Made by a program: the position numbers and the translations under genes | Assembly: GCA_043228905.1 (NCBI GenBank) | Contig: JBHGNT010000020.1 | Coordinates: forward strand, 12,710,001 to 12,774,000 | DNA from: Azolla caroliniana | Lineage: Eukaryota; Plantae; Polypodiophyta | Length of the DNA: 64,000 nucleotides | Direction: 5' to 3' | Notes under the pieces: model-generated | Databases searched by the model: none | Told to the model about the DNA's origin: nothing | What the model saw: only the letters and a program-made list of their open reading frames with translations | Shown: positions 47,597 to 59,960 of the stretch, one piece after another | Numbering within the stretch: the stretch's first letter is position 1 | Layout of the letters: every line of letters begins with the position of its first letter

Positions 47597-49063
47597 ATGG
47601 GAGGAATCGAGCTTCCACCAGCGCCCAGTTTGCTTGATGAAGAAGGTGGATCAGATCTCGCCATTACCCTGTCCCTAGAGGCTAACCGTGTCTTAGCGGA
47701 AGAAATCGAACGCCTACGGCGTACCTGCTTCGTATGTAGGTTTCTGGCAGGTAGACCAAGTCGGGGCATGGTTCGGGACATGTTTCAGGTGGCTGTGTTG
47801 GAGAACATGCCGGTAATCAAGAGTGTCAGGGGTTTAGGGAAAAACTTCTTCCACATTGAATTAGGTAATGACTCGCTGGCGCAACCATTGGTCGAGCTCA
47901 AGGTACTCGAACTGAAGTACGGCAAGGTGTTGCTCCAACCATGGTCACCAGGGTTCAATCCGATCGAAGAGTTACAGAAACTCAACAACCCTAGGGTGAT
48001 CACCGCAACATTTCCTGGCCTCCCTCCACATTTGTACCATCTGCTCCCTCTTTTTGGCGAACAAGTAGGGATGATATGCCCTCAAAAAGTGTCAATGGCA
48101 GACACAGTCGCGGAGGTGCCCAAGTTGCGTATCTTGGTGCCTTCCCTCCATGGACTTCCATCAAGGATTAGACTCTACTCTGAGGAGTTAGGCCTCACAG
48201 TGGTAAAAGTGGTTTATGAGGGACTCCCGGGGCAATGTTTCATTTGCAAACAGACAGGACACCTAGCTAAGGAGTGTCCTCGTAAGATTGGAAAAGGAAG
48301 CTCGGGACCACGACCCTCGGACAAAGTCGGGACAACCAAGGGTGAAGAGGCTCCTTGGCTACCCGTTAAGAAGAAGGGGAAACTTGGAGGGCTAGGTGCC
48401 TCCTCTCCCGCCCTTTTTCATGACCACCCCTTTGAAAGAAGTCCCGCCACCTTGTCACCAGCAAGCGTGGATGAGCAACCCTTGAAGCGAGTAAAGATCC
48501 TCTCCGGGAGTGCCAAGGCACCCGACCTACAGGTGAGAGCTACCAACAGATTTACACTTCTTCAAGGGTTAGGGGATGGCGACCCAGCAGTGTTGGCAGC
48601 AATGTTGTCCCCGTGCGACTCCTCACGCCTTCCCCCGCGGGAGCCCGAACTCGTGTTCTCCACCCCGATGGAGATGCAACCCCAACTTGTACCGTCCACC
48701 CCGGAAGAGAAGTTGGCACAACCCCCCCTCCTGTTGGAACGTGAATGTGGTAGTGGCCTCAGATTAGTGAAATCGTGGATCCGGACGGGCAAGCTCAAGG
48801 ACAAAGAAAAGGGTAAGATAGGAAGACCAACACCTGGTTTGGCGACGACTCTGTTAGATAGAGGGATGCAAGTTGTGCCACCGCTTCGGAGCACAAATGT
48901 ATCGCGGGATCTATTCGAAGCGGGTCGGGAACGACCGGCTGAGAATCTTGTAGGGGATTTGCAGCTTGCAGTGGAGACCATACCCCCCGAAACAGGTGTT
49001 AGTTTGCCCCATGACATGGGGATCGGCCCGAACATGAGCGCCAACGTCACCGTTTTCGGATGA
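47597..49063 (+). CDS. L1 ORF1 (DUF4283/RRM-like region plus CCHC knuckle), 488 aa, intact
   Basis: LGKNFFHIEL...LQPWSPGFNP...FPGLPPHL and VVYEGLPGQCFICKQTGHLAKEC. Confidence 0.88.
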   Translation: MGGIELPPAPSLLDEEGGSDLAITLSLEANRVLAEEIERLRRTCFVCRFLAGRPSRGMVRDMFQVAVLENMPVIKSVRGLGKNFFHIELGNDSLAQPLVELKVLELKYGKVLLQPWSPGFNPIEELQKLNNPRVITATFPGLPPHLYHLLPLFGEQVGMICPQKVSMADTVAEVPKLRILVPSLHGLPSRIRLYSEELGLTVVKVVYEGLPGQCFICKQTGHLAKECPRKIGKGSSGPRPSDKVGTTKGEEAPWLPVKKKGKLGGLGASSPALFHDHPFERSPATLSPASVDEQPLKRVKILSGSAKAPDLQVRATNRFTLLQGLGDGDPAVLAAMLSPCDSSRLPPREPELVFSTPMEMQPQLVPSTPEEKLAQPPLLLERECGSGLRLVKSWIRTGKLKDKEKGKIGRPTPGLATTLLDRGMQVVPPLRSTNVSRDLFEAGRERPAENLVGDLQLAVETIPPETGVSLPHDMGIGPNMSANVTVFG

Positions 49064-52000
49064 GGATCCTAACGTGGAATGTACAGGGCCTTGGTGGAGG
49101 CCGACAACACCAAGAGTGTAGAAGACTTCAGGAGGAGCTGAATCCCCTTAATATAGGGGGCCATATTGACATATTGCTTTTGCAGGAACACCACCTCTCG
49201 CAAGAGTGAACTCAGAGCTTAGTAAACCCCTTGTCGGGTGGGTGGACCACATGGTGGTCGGCTGCGCAGGGTGACCTCCACCGAAGAGGAGGGGTCTGCA
49301 TCTCGATCAGCGATAAGGCCCGATACGAAGTAACATCATATGGCACGCTGGTGGAGGGTCGGGCCTTATACGTGCTTCTGAAATGGAATCGCCTACAGAT
49401 TGGGGTGCTAAACATTTATGCCCCTAACTCAGCCCCCGAGAGAGCAATCTTTTGGAGGATGCTAGCGACAACATTACCTAATGTCGAGGCTTGGGTAATG
49501 GCAGGTGATTTCAACATGACTAAACACCTGGGAGATAGGAAAGGAGGGACCCAGAGGCCTATTTATGGTGCGGAGCTGGATTCATGGGCTTTCCTAATTG
49601 GCAAAATCGGGGTGAAGGATACATAGGGCTCTTCCCTTAGGCGAAGCTCACATTCGCTGCACTTTTCTAGAGCCGCCGGGAATGCTAGGGGCGGTAGTCT
49701 TGCACGGCTAGACCGCATATACATCAGCTCATCCCTCGAAGAGCTCGGGGGCTCCTTTGCTATCTTGGCAGGTCTTACCTTTTCAGATCATCAGCCGGTG
49801 AGACTAGACCTTAACCCACCCAACGATAGCAAGGGCAGTCTCAATGTAGAGATCCCCATAAAGATCATGAAGAGTGAAGCGGTGAAGGCCGGTTTACAGA
49901 GTATATGGCAGGACACCATGGGCAATAAATCAGCCAGTGAAGATCTGCAGAAAAAATTGGCCCTCTCCTCCTCCTTTTTACAACAAGAGACCAAGCGCGC
50001 CCTCCAACAGGTTAGAGCCATCGAAACAAAATTAAGGAAGGCCGTTGCGGCAGCGCAACGGCTGTTACAGGTAGACCCTGGTTGCAAATGTTCTAGAGCT
50101 AAGCTAGAGGAAGCAAAGATGAAGGTACAGGAAAGGACTTTGGAGAAGAACCGAATGCTGTTTCGAAGAAACGCAACATGGTGGGCTAGAAAAGACGACA
50201 AGGTCAACCGACATTTCTTTCACTACAAGGCACCCAAGGGTGGTGGTGGACGTATACACGGGCTGCGCAAACCAGACGGCTCAATAACGGAGGACAAGAC
50301 TGAGGTTCTGGAAATGGCAACACAATACTATCGTGACCTCCTCGCACCTATGCATGTGAGGCAAAACTTGGAGCTGGCTGATCGAATGATGTCTTGCATT
50401 CACCCCAAGGTAACCCAAGAGATGGAAGTTGTGCTCGATAGTCCCATCTCTCGTTTAGAGCTCTCGGAGGCACTTAGGGGATTGCGAAGGGGTGCATGCC
50501 CCGGCCCTGATGGTCTCTCACGAGATTTCTTCGAGATTCACTAGGAATGTGTTATCCCGTCCTTGGAAGCCGGGTTCCAAGAGATTTGGTCCTCAGGAAA
50601 GATGCCGATTGGTCTGGCTGAGGGGATGATATATCTCATCCCCAAATCCCAAGAGCGAAGCCTAGAGTTGCGCCAATGGCGTCCAATCACGATCCTTAAC
50701 ACGGCATACAAGATACTCGCTAAAGTCCTAGCTCAGCGATTAGCAAGCTTCTTACCGGACATCATACACGACAATCAAACTGGGTTTGTCAAGAACGGGT
50801 GTATCTTTGATAATGTGTTGCTTCTTTGGGAAGCTATGGCATTGGCCAGTCGCTCCGTATCGAGCTCGGCTATTCTGATGCTAGACTTCGAGAAGGCCTA
50901 CGATAGGGTGTTATGGCCCTTTTTGGAAAATGTGATGAGAGCTTTGGGCCTACCTCAAAAATGGAGGAATTGTACTTCTGCACTCTATCGGACAGCTACG
51001 AGTAGCGTGCTGATGGCTGGATCTAGGGGACCCGCCTTCCAACTACAACGCTCAGTGAGGCAAGGTTGTCCCCTAGCCCCATATCTCTATCTCTTTGTAA
51101 CCGAGGCTTTCTCCGCCTACTTACAAGCACCAACTAGCGGGCTGCGGGGATTGCCCATCCCCAATGCGACTGAAGATTTGTTGTTATCTGAATATGCCGA
51201 CGATACGGTTCTTTTCTTGCAAGGTGATGAGGAGAATTTACAGCGGGCTGAACATCTTGTTGAGGACTTTTGTCAGGCGGCTAGTGCCAAGATCAATTGG
51301 AATAAAACCCAAGGTCTATGGTTCAGCGAACAGGAGACACCAAAATGGCAACCCCATGCTGATTTTACGTGGGTCCCTAGTGGGACGACTTTCAAGTACC
51401 TTGGATTTACGATGGGGAGGTCAATCCCCAAGGGAGCGCAATTGGCCCACGTACAAGCCAAAATAAGTAAGAAGCTGAACCAGTGGAGTAGATCTAAATT
51501 GTCCTTCGCTGGTAGGGTCCTTGTGGCAAACCAAGTGCTGCTCGCTACCATGTGGCACTCAGTCTCATGCTGGATTATGGACCCTGCAGGTTTGCACGCG
51601 ATTAAGGCTGCCACTAGGGGGTTTATATGGCCAGGTAAGGACAACCCAAGGGCTGCCGCCAGAGTCTCATGGTGTTGGTTAACGCAACCACGGGCCAAAG
51701 GGGGGCTTGGCCTCATAGACCCCTTAATGCAGAGTCGTGCATTGCTGGCTAAAATGGTGGTTCGTTGCCTCCTGCCAGGTAAGGGGTGCTGGAAGGTACT
51801 TCTTCGCAACAGGCTGCAAGTAGGGACTCCCAAGTATGGTAGGCCTTGGCCCGACTCCTTGAATTGGTGCTGCATGAGCGGAGTCCCACCCAGGCTGGCT
51901 TGCCATTCGGAGGACAGGGTCACGAACTCCATCTTGCGGGCATGGTGCCATATACGACAGCATTTGGTCAAGCACACCCAGGAGACATTGACCGAATGGA

Positions 52001-53374
52001 CTAGACAGCCACTATTCTGGAATCCTCATGTGCGAACGAATGACAACGCGATGCTAGGGCAACTTAAGGGCCTAGCATGGGGAAAGTTGGCACAAACAGG
52101 CCTCCTATCTATAGACGATTGGAGACGCATGGCTGATTCAGGAAGAGCCCAAGAGGACCTTTTCCCTCCCCTCAAGGGAGCTACGAAAATCCGGAGACTG
52201 ATAGTTGAGGCAGTTGACAAGGTTCCGATGGGGGAGGCGAGAGAACATGCATGGTTCGGTCTCTTTGACGAGGCTGGAATGGTCAAGTCGCTAAAGGGCA
52301 TGAGCGGATCGGGGAGTGATACAGTTTTTGGGGACAGCCAGAGCAGCGGCTCTTGGCACCCAATCCGAGTGGTGGCACAGATTGATAACATTTGGAAGAC
52401 AGACCCGGATGTTGCTAAGGTGGAACCCCATTGGAGGCTAAGGGTATACGGTTGTCGCCCCCTTGTCGATCTGGATTGGGACCCCGGGGATTTCAGATGG
52501 AAACATGATGATAGACTCCACCACTTCTTCGATTACACCACTAAATTGGGTCGGACTTTGCAGCTGCAGCCAGGGCGGCCCCCTTCGCAACGGCTGGCAA
52601 ACATTGGGCATCCCCGATGAGGCGCTCACTGCCTTCTGGAAGGGTCTTTGACGTCTCCACATGCCTGAAAAGATTAAGCTCTTTTGGTGGCAGATCGGTC
52701 ATAATGTGGTGCCCGTTGGCGAATGGTTAGATAAACGTGGCGGCCCGTTAGGCTGCCCACTGTGCTCTCTACCTATTGAGTCTCTGAGACATTGTTTGTG
52801 GGATTGCCCTCAAGCTCAAAAGGTATGGGATAGAGTGACTCGCCTCCTTGTGGCATGTGAAGTTGAAGGAACAGCCTCGTGGAGCGCTGCGGCATGGATT
52901 GATCACTCGGTCGAAGGGTGGACGGACGCCGTCAATGCGGATAGTTGGTGCTATGTATGCACGAGAGGCAAAATCGTCAAGATCCGTTTTGAAAGAGGCT
53001 TGCAACCCGCATCCCCTAGGTTTCCGGAAATCTGGATGTTGATCGCAGGTTTCACCTTGTGGTATATATGGAAAGCGCGTTGCCTCAAGGTCTTCCAAGG
53101 TACGGTACGACCCCCAGAGGAAATGATCATGGACATATGGTTCGCGCTTATCAGCTGCCTACGAGGGCAACTGGAAGAGGTTTGCAGCCACTCCAACGAC
53201 ATGACCACTGCCCGTTTGCGCTTTTGGCAGAAATGGCGGAACACACCTATGGTGATGCAAGGCGGGAATGGCCCGAGGTGGAACTACCAGCCCCCACGTT
53301 GGTTGTTTCCTACTCACCTGCCACCCTCTCTTCGGTGTAGGCCCCAAGAGCCGACTCGTACTAGGCAACATTGA
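49060..53374 (+). pseudogene. L1 ORF2 (AP endonuclease, reverse transcriptase, zf-RVT) with nonsense codons and one frameshift
   Basis: MRILTWNVQGL, LQEHH, GDFN, RLDRIY, SDHQPV; RT WRPITILN, LDFEKAYDRV, VRQGCPLAP, YADDT, KYLG; CPLC...ESLRHCLWDC. Stops at 49207, 49624, 50542 and 52649. Frameshift near 52.58-52.62 kb. Confidence 0.92.
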
Positions 53375-55875
53375 AGGGAATCGCCTTGGATACAGGTAGC
53401 TTCTTACATTAAGTTAGGCCGCAAGGCAATGTAAGTGGCTCATCTTCTTTGGCTTGATCGGAGGAAGTCTCCCCGATGTGTGTATAAGTCTCCTTATAGA
53501 CTCTATGTAATAATCCTTCCTAACTAATGGGAAAGTAGCTTTACTTTGGAAAAAAAAAAAAAAAAAAGGGAGAGTTTATCGACCTTTATTTTATTTTATT
53601 TATTTATTTATGTATTTATTAAAAACGAATATTTTTATATTTATTATAGAAATATGATTAGTGTGAATTCTCATTTTTAATGACAGATAAAAATATCCAT
53701 AAATTTTGGGAGAGAAGAGAAAATGAGGAATTACAATGAACCTTTATTTTATTTTATTTATTTATTAAAAACAAAACGAATACTTTTACACTTATTATAA
53801 AAATTTATTAATGTCAAGTCCCTCTTTTATTGTCCCCTTTTTATTGTCAAGTCCTTTTTTTATATCCTAGGAAACGGAAAAGGAGGATACTTGACCATGC
53901 ATTCGAATACATATTGGTTTGCATTCTAATGAGAAACCCCACGAATGCGAATATGTCAATCCATAGAATGTAAAATTCGGTGTTCGTCTAGCATAGCATT
54001 TGTTTTCCTACGTTGGAAAATAAATGCGAATATTATTCAAACATTCTTATGTGTTTTTTTTGTTTTTTCCCCCTTTTTTAAGGTTTTTCTTTTTGCTTTT
54101 TTCCTTTTTTTAGGTTAATTTACCTCATAATAAATAGTTGATCCAAAAATATGGTATTTACCATTCTTCGAGGGTGGTTACCATAATCAAATGATTGAAA
54201 CATTCGCGAATGCGAATGCATGTATGGTTCATACTATGTGTCAATCTATGTATGTATGCATGCATGTATGTAGTATGTCATCATGGCATGGTGGCCATAT
54301 GAATATATTCTCTTCATATGACCTTTGGCTGCCTGCCCGCCCATTTGCCCATCCGAGAAATGGAAATCAAAGATCATCCAGTCATAGAATTGAGAGGAGC
54401 AGAGCTTGACTGGGTGTTTTATTCTTCAACCTGGAATTATACACGTGATGCTTCTCCCATCGATAACTCTTCAAATGAAGAAATGAAATATGTAAATGCT
54501 CGATGCGTAACGATTATATCCTATGTTTAATATGTCTAGCATTGACAATTCTCTTCCGTATTCGCTAATCTTGTATACATTTGGCACACGACCAATATTG
54601 AAAATTGGAGATATTACACCTCATAGGGATATTAAAACCAAATATTATGACATTATTTACGTTAGCATACCATGATAGATACTTGCTTTACGATGATTGG
54701 TACCAATTTTTTCCACAAAATTGGTGAGATTATTGAAGGTTTGTATGATACAATCGTCACATGTGGAAGTCTAAGAGGAACTATCCATGTGGTAGAATAT
54801 TAACTATGGGTTTAGTGTATAACCTAACTTGAGTGATGAGTTAGTGTTAATAATAACAAAGGGAGCTAGTAAAAAGCAAGCCAAAAGTTATATATATGAG
54901 TGTTGGGATGTAGTTATTAGTCACGACACTCTCTTACCAATGGGTTCTTATGTATGGAAATTTCATTGACCACATGCATTGGCACTACACGAGGCTACAT
55001 TTTATTTACCCCATTGCAATCAAATCATAATGTCTTTATATTCAACCCTCTTCATATAGTATAAAAAAGAACAGAACCTCGTATTACTATTTTCAGCAAA
55101 CACATGAAAGAAAGAGTTTGAAGAGAAATAGATAGAGTAGCATGCAATGTGAAAGGACTCTTTCCATTTATTACTTATTTCATAATTCATTTACCCATGT
55201 AGAATTCGTAAAGTCATTCTTTTAGAGAAAGGTGTTAGTTAGTTGTTTGTGTCACAGTCTTAGATTTTGAAATATTATTGCAAAGATTTCGAATCAAAGC
55301 ACAAATATTTTTTACAATGAGCATAATAGTAGGCTATTGATTTATACTTAAATTCATAAACTTTAATGCACATTCCTTTTCTTGGCTTTACCACTGTATC
55401 TGCACATCTAATCCTTTTTTTGTGATTATTATTTCCCATGAACATAGAGGCGCTTCCAAATTATGTCGTAGCATGGAATGTCTTGTTGTACATATAATGA
55501 CACAATGGCACTAAAAAGACATCAATTTGGTGGCAATAAAGCACTAGAGATCATTGATTCATTATCTATGATAGCTAGGGATATATATTTGAATCACAAT
55601 GTCTAGAAATAGCCAAGCTTTAATGCTAGGCTAGTTCCTTTCCCCTTGGCACAAGCGTTACATCAATAACATTTTTTGAAGATGCATTAGCAACTACAAA
55701 ACAAACGAAATATCCCAACTTTCTTATGATATTGTCACCCAATAACAACCACCATTAAAATTTCCATAACATGGCTATGTGTGGTGCAAAGGGAGAAAAT
55801 GATGATTCCATTCATGAAGTTGTCATGCATAGTGGTTTAATTCATTGTTGACACATATTAGTATGCCTAGAATTG

Positions 55876-56014
55876 GCTACACATGTACCCATAAAGCACC
55901 ATTTGTCTTGGCATACTAGTGTGTTTACAGTTAGCTACACTTGTACCCATAAAGCATCATTTGTCCGAACATACTAGTATGTTTATAGTTGCCTACTTAT
56001 GTACCCAAAAAGCA
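55876..56014. repeat. ~58-bp tandem repeat, ~2.4 copies
   Basis: gctacac.tgtacccataaagca.catttgtc...catactagt.tgttta.agtt is repeated. Confidence 0.7.
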
Positions 56015-58095
56015 AGTTTAAATCTATGAACGTGAGTATGCCTTGTAAGTTGTTACTATTTGTTCATTGATATTTTGTTATTTTAGTAATTACTTTACCT
56101 AGTCCTTCGACATGTTCTCCCCATGATAGGCAATTGGGGAGATAAATGTAGACAGGCTGTCAATTGAATGAGAATCATGGGTAAATGGTGATGAAATTGT
56201 ACCATTCTGATTGGGAGTTCATACATGTATTAATAATGACTCGACATTTATACTCATACGTGGATATATAGTTAATAAAGGGTTCAAACCATAGGATTCT
56301 AGAGTGCGATTGAATCTATTTATGTTCATCATTGTACCATTGCAACTAAAACAAAATGTGATAGATTGGAACGTAGTGTAGACTCTAGAGTATGGGTTTC
56401 ATACTTTTTAAAAGGATATAAATTGAGGAGCATGATTGACCTACACAAAACTAATATATGCATTAAAAAATACACTACACTACACAAACCATGATTGATA
56501 CCTAGAGGTCATGTTTCCATGTTGAACCCATCGCGACATGTTTCCTATTAATCTACAAAATGATAACAAGTTAAACAAACATTGAAACATTAACCAAGAG
56601 TTTATGTACTACATGTAGACATAAATGATTGCTGTGTTCATCATTGCAAACATGCATTAAGCTTGTTTTTTATAATGAAGTCGAGTGATTTCCAACATAG
56701 TGTTGTCCAAGACAAATATATCTCTAGTGTGACAAAAGTGCATTCAATAACAACAACATTAGAGGCTTACTAAAATGTACGTTTGCCTACACTGTTTAAA
56801 TTATATTCTTTGAAATGTTTTGTATTAGATGATATTAACTTTCTTACCTATGATAGGTTCACATTTGCTTGTTAGCAATGGGTTGGAAAAAGGTTCTCTA
56901 ATGGGTCATGACTTTCACATTCATCAATAACAAAGTAAACAAAGCATAACTTATATTTAATGACGATAAAAAATCTCCTTGATTGGTTGAACTCCGTACA
57001 TATTTTTGACACGAAGTTGTGGGAGTGGGGGTTGATAGTTTTTATTTGGAGCCAAAATGAAAAAACTCTTAGAGAAGGTGTTTATTTCTTCAATTACATA
57101 ACACCCTGACATTTGTCCCTTGTGATGATACATTGTTGTTAATTGAACCTCGTCACAAATGCTCTTTCCCAAAGGAATAGTATCCATGTACAAGAAGCCA
57201 ACATTCTTGCATATATATCTACGCAGTGTTAGAGAAGTTCCTTGAAAGTTTGTTCTACAAAAAGTTTGCTTTGTAGGCTTTTCTTAGAGAATGTAGAATT
57301 TTCTTTTAAAAGATGATAAAATATAAAAAGTTCCTATCAAACTACCATCCAAAACTACTTGTCGTTGTTTAATATATAATTGTGATATTTTTTGTTGTGG
57401 TAAACCACATGCATCTAGACTTGTGTTACATCAACATACTCTCATAGATATACCCCATTGGCAAGCATATACACCTAAAGCAAGTCCTAAGAGAAACCAT
57501 AACTTCACATATGTATGCATAATAAAAGTTTGAATATATGAATGAAAGAAGGTGAAATGTTGAACCTTGTTTATTGTATTTATATGACTTCACAAAACAA
57601 GCGTTAAGATAATTTATGATTATATACATTTGCGCACTAGAAGCCAGTGTGCAAGGGCATAATCCAAGGTCCCATAACAATAATATTGACCCTCTAGATT
57701 GATAGTCAAATAGGAAGTTAAGGTAGCAAACATGTTTTCCATGCTTCCCAACACATTAAAGTAACTAAAGATATATACTATTTGGTACTAACATGTACAT
57801 AATACAAGCTTTTCAACCAATTGTGTTAAGTACATTGGCTAGATCTTCAAAAGGAGTAAAGAAATATGAAGAGTAAGTGATAAAGATTTTACTTAGGATT
57901 GACTAATTGTTAGGAGAATGATGTTAGGAGTGGTGCTACCTTAGTTATTTTATCCAAGCTACACAAAGTCAACAACTTAGTAGGCATTTAGAGAACACTG
58001 GTATGGATAATTACTCCGTTGAAAGGCTTTGCATGATGATGATAAACATGTATCTAATACTTGTCCCATATTCACCGTGAAATACCTTATTGACT

Positions 58096-59508
58096 TTAAC
58101 TTGCTCCTCTATCTACCATTTGCATGCAATTGAGTAAGGTTTGCTCTCTCTGCATATGCTCTTCAAATCGGAAGATGAATAAGTCTGCTCGACATCGTAG
58201 TTCATCTAGGGGAATAGCGCGGTCTGATTTTGTAACACTTATCTTTGCATCTTTATGAGTATTGTTGTCATCACGTGAAGTGTTGTTGTCATGCTCGTGA
58301 GACAGAGGAAATTTGTCATTCATGACCTCCATATTATATGCTTGAAATTGTTGATGAAATGGGCTACAAGATTGTCTTGACTTCTTTTCACAAATCTCCT
58401 TCCATATAGCATCTAAGGTATCACCTTTCTTAGCACATGGTTTAGAGACAATACCACTAGGACTAATGGACCTTGATTGATATTCATTATCTTGCCTCAA
58501 TACTTCGAGAGGAGATGACAACCTTGATTGTTCGATGCTTAGCGTTGAGATTGCAAGAGGAGTCGAACTAGACATTGACATCATGTGATCATGATCATGA
58601 ACCTTGTTGGATGCCTTCTTTCTCTTCACTTTTTTGGTACGATCCTTTTTGAAGCACAATGATGGCATTTGTTCTTGAGGCTTTTCTTCGAATATCACCA
58701 CCCCCTCATTCTCTACCACCATGGAACCAAGATTGCTATGATGATAAACCTGATTAGCTACTAATGGTACAATTGTATTGATATTGTTCAGATTAGGATA
58801 ATGATTAACATTGTCGTTAGCCGCTAATAGCGAGAAAGCTTCCATACTCCCTTGAATTGGGACGTGATTAACATGACCATTAGCTACCAATGCTGAGATT
58901 GAACCAATATTGGCATGATTAGCATCGTCATTACTCGTTAATGATGGGGTGACAACAAGTGGGGCACAATTAACATGATCATTACCCGTGAATGGCAAGA
59001 TGGGACCAAGAGAGGTATTATCGGGGGAGTGTTGAGCATGGCTATCAACAACTGATGGTAGGACAATGTCAATCGCGTCATGATAATCATGGGAGCATAG
59101 CTCATCAACATCATTGTCGGGGTGAACACGATGAGGTCCGTGAATAGTGGTGTAAAGAGAATCATCGGATGATTCATCATTATTGAGAAACTCGTGAAGG
59201 ACAAGAGGGTTTCCATGGTCAATGGAGTTGGTTATCAGAATGAAGAGGTCTAGGACACTACCTCCCTCCTTGGTCGTGCGGTCATGATGAGTTTTCTCTT
59301 GTTTGTGGAAATGTGAGGAAGCAAAGAGGAGGAGGATGAGGGAATTCAAGATGAGAAAAAGGTCTAGTCTTTTGTTACTACCATTTTCATTGTGGGTCAA
59401 GAAGAAGAAAAAGAAGAAAAAGAAGAAGAATAAGACACTAGACATGGTGAAGATGATGGCCATAGCCATGCCCATTACCTTCACATCTTCATCACCTCTC
59501 ATCTTCAT
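58096..59508 (-). CDS. DUF4408 / DUF761 (cotton-fibre-expressed / PAMP-induced A70-like) protein, ~470 aa, intronless
   Basis: N-terminal hydrophobic segments and LFLILNSLILLLFASS (DUF4408-like). DTLDAIWKEI motif. C-terminal LDELRCRADLFIFRFEEHMQ...QMVDRG (DUF761-like). The ATG at 59508 is inferred. Confidence 0.8.
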   Translation of the reverse strand: MKMRGDEDVKVMGMAMAIIFTMSSVLFFFFFFFFFFLTHNENGSNKRLDLFLILNSLILLLFASSHFHKQEKTHHDRTTKEGGSVLDLFILITNSIDHGNPLVLHEFLNNDESSDDSLYTTIHGPHRVHPDNDVDELCSHDYHDAIDIVLPSVVDSHAQHSPDNTSLGPILPFTGNDHVNCAPLVVTPSLTSNDDANHANIGSISALVANGHVNHVPIQGSMEAFSLLAANDNVNHYPNLNNINTIVPLVANQVYHHSNLGSMVVENEGVVIFEEKPQEQMPSLCFKKDRTKKVKRKKASNKVHDHDHMMSMSSSTPLAISTLSIEQSRLSSPLEVLRQDNEYQSRSISPSGIVSKPCAKKGDTLDAIWKEICEKKSRQSCSPFHQQFQAYNMEVMNDKFPLSHEHDNNTSRDDNNTHKDAKISVTKSDRAIPLDELRCRADLFIFRFEEHMQREQTLLNCMQMVDRGAS

Positions 59509-59510
59509 CA

Positions 59511-59960
59511 AAACCCTAATCCCTACCCTAACCCCCAACCCTAAATATGACGAAAAAACACCCAATATCTGACGAAATCCCTATGAATCCCTACCCCTAA
59601 ACCAACCACCTAACCCTAACCACATCATAAGAAACCAACATCTGGCCAAAGCCCTTAGTTTGCTGCTATTGGCGAAACCCTAACCCTAGTATTGCTTATG
59701 AAAGAAAGCCCCAGTGTAATCCTAATCCAATTCTAAACCCTAATTCAACCCAAAAGCCCCGTAAAAACCCTGATCCAAGCCTAAACTCTAATTCTGATTA
59801 TCAAACCACTCAACCTTAACCATAATTATAAACAAACCTGAGCCAAAAAGGTGCCTAGATTTTATCCAAATACAATGAATATAGTGAAAGAAATGCACAC
59901 CCAAGCCATCATCATTAACGAAAAAACAAAAACAAGAAACCCTAATCCTAAACCCTAAGA
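59511..59960. promoter_or_regulatory. Cluster of telo-box-like AAACCCTAA motifs upstream of the DUF761 gene
   Basis: aaaccctaa/aaccctaa at ~59511, 59537, 59612, 59675, 59735 and 59937-59958. Confidence 0.5.

Larger units (their letters stand above)
47133..53560 (+). mobile_element. Full-length L1-clade LINE (ORF1 + ORF2 + poly(A)), inactivated
   Basis: 18-bp TSD AAAAAAAGGGAGAGTTTA at 47115-47132 and 53561-53578. A-tail starts at 53550. ORF1 and APE-RT-zf ORF2 present. Confidence 0.95.
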
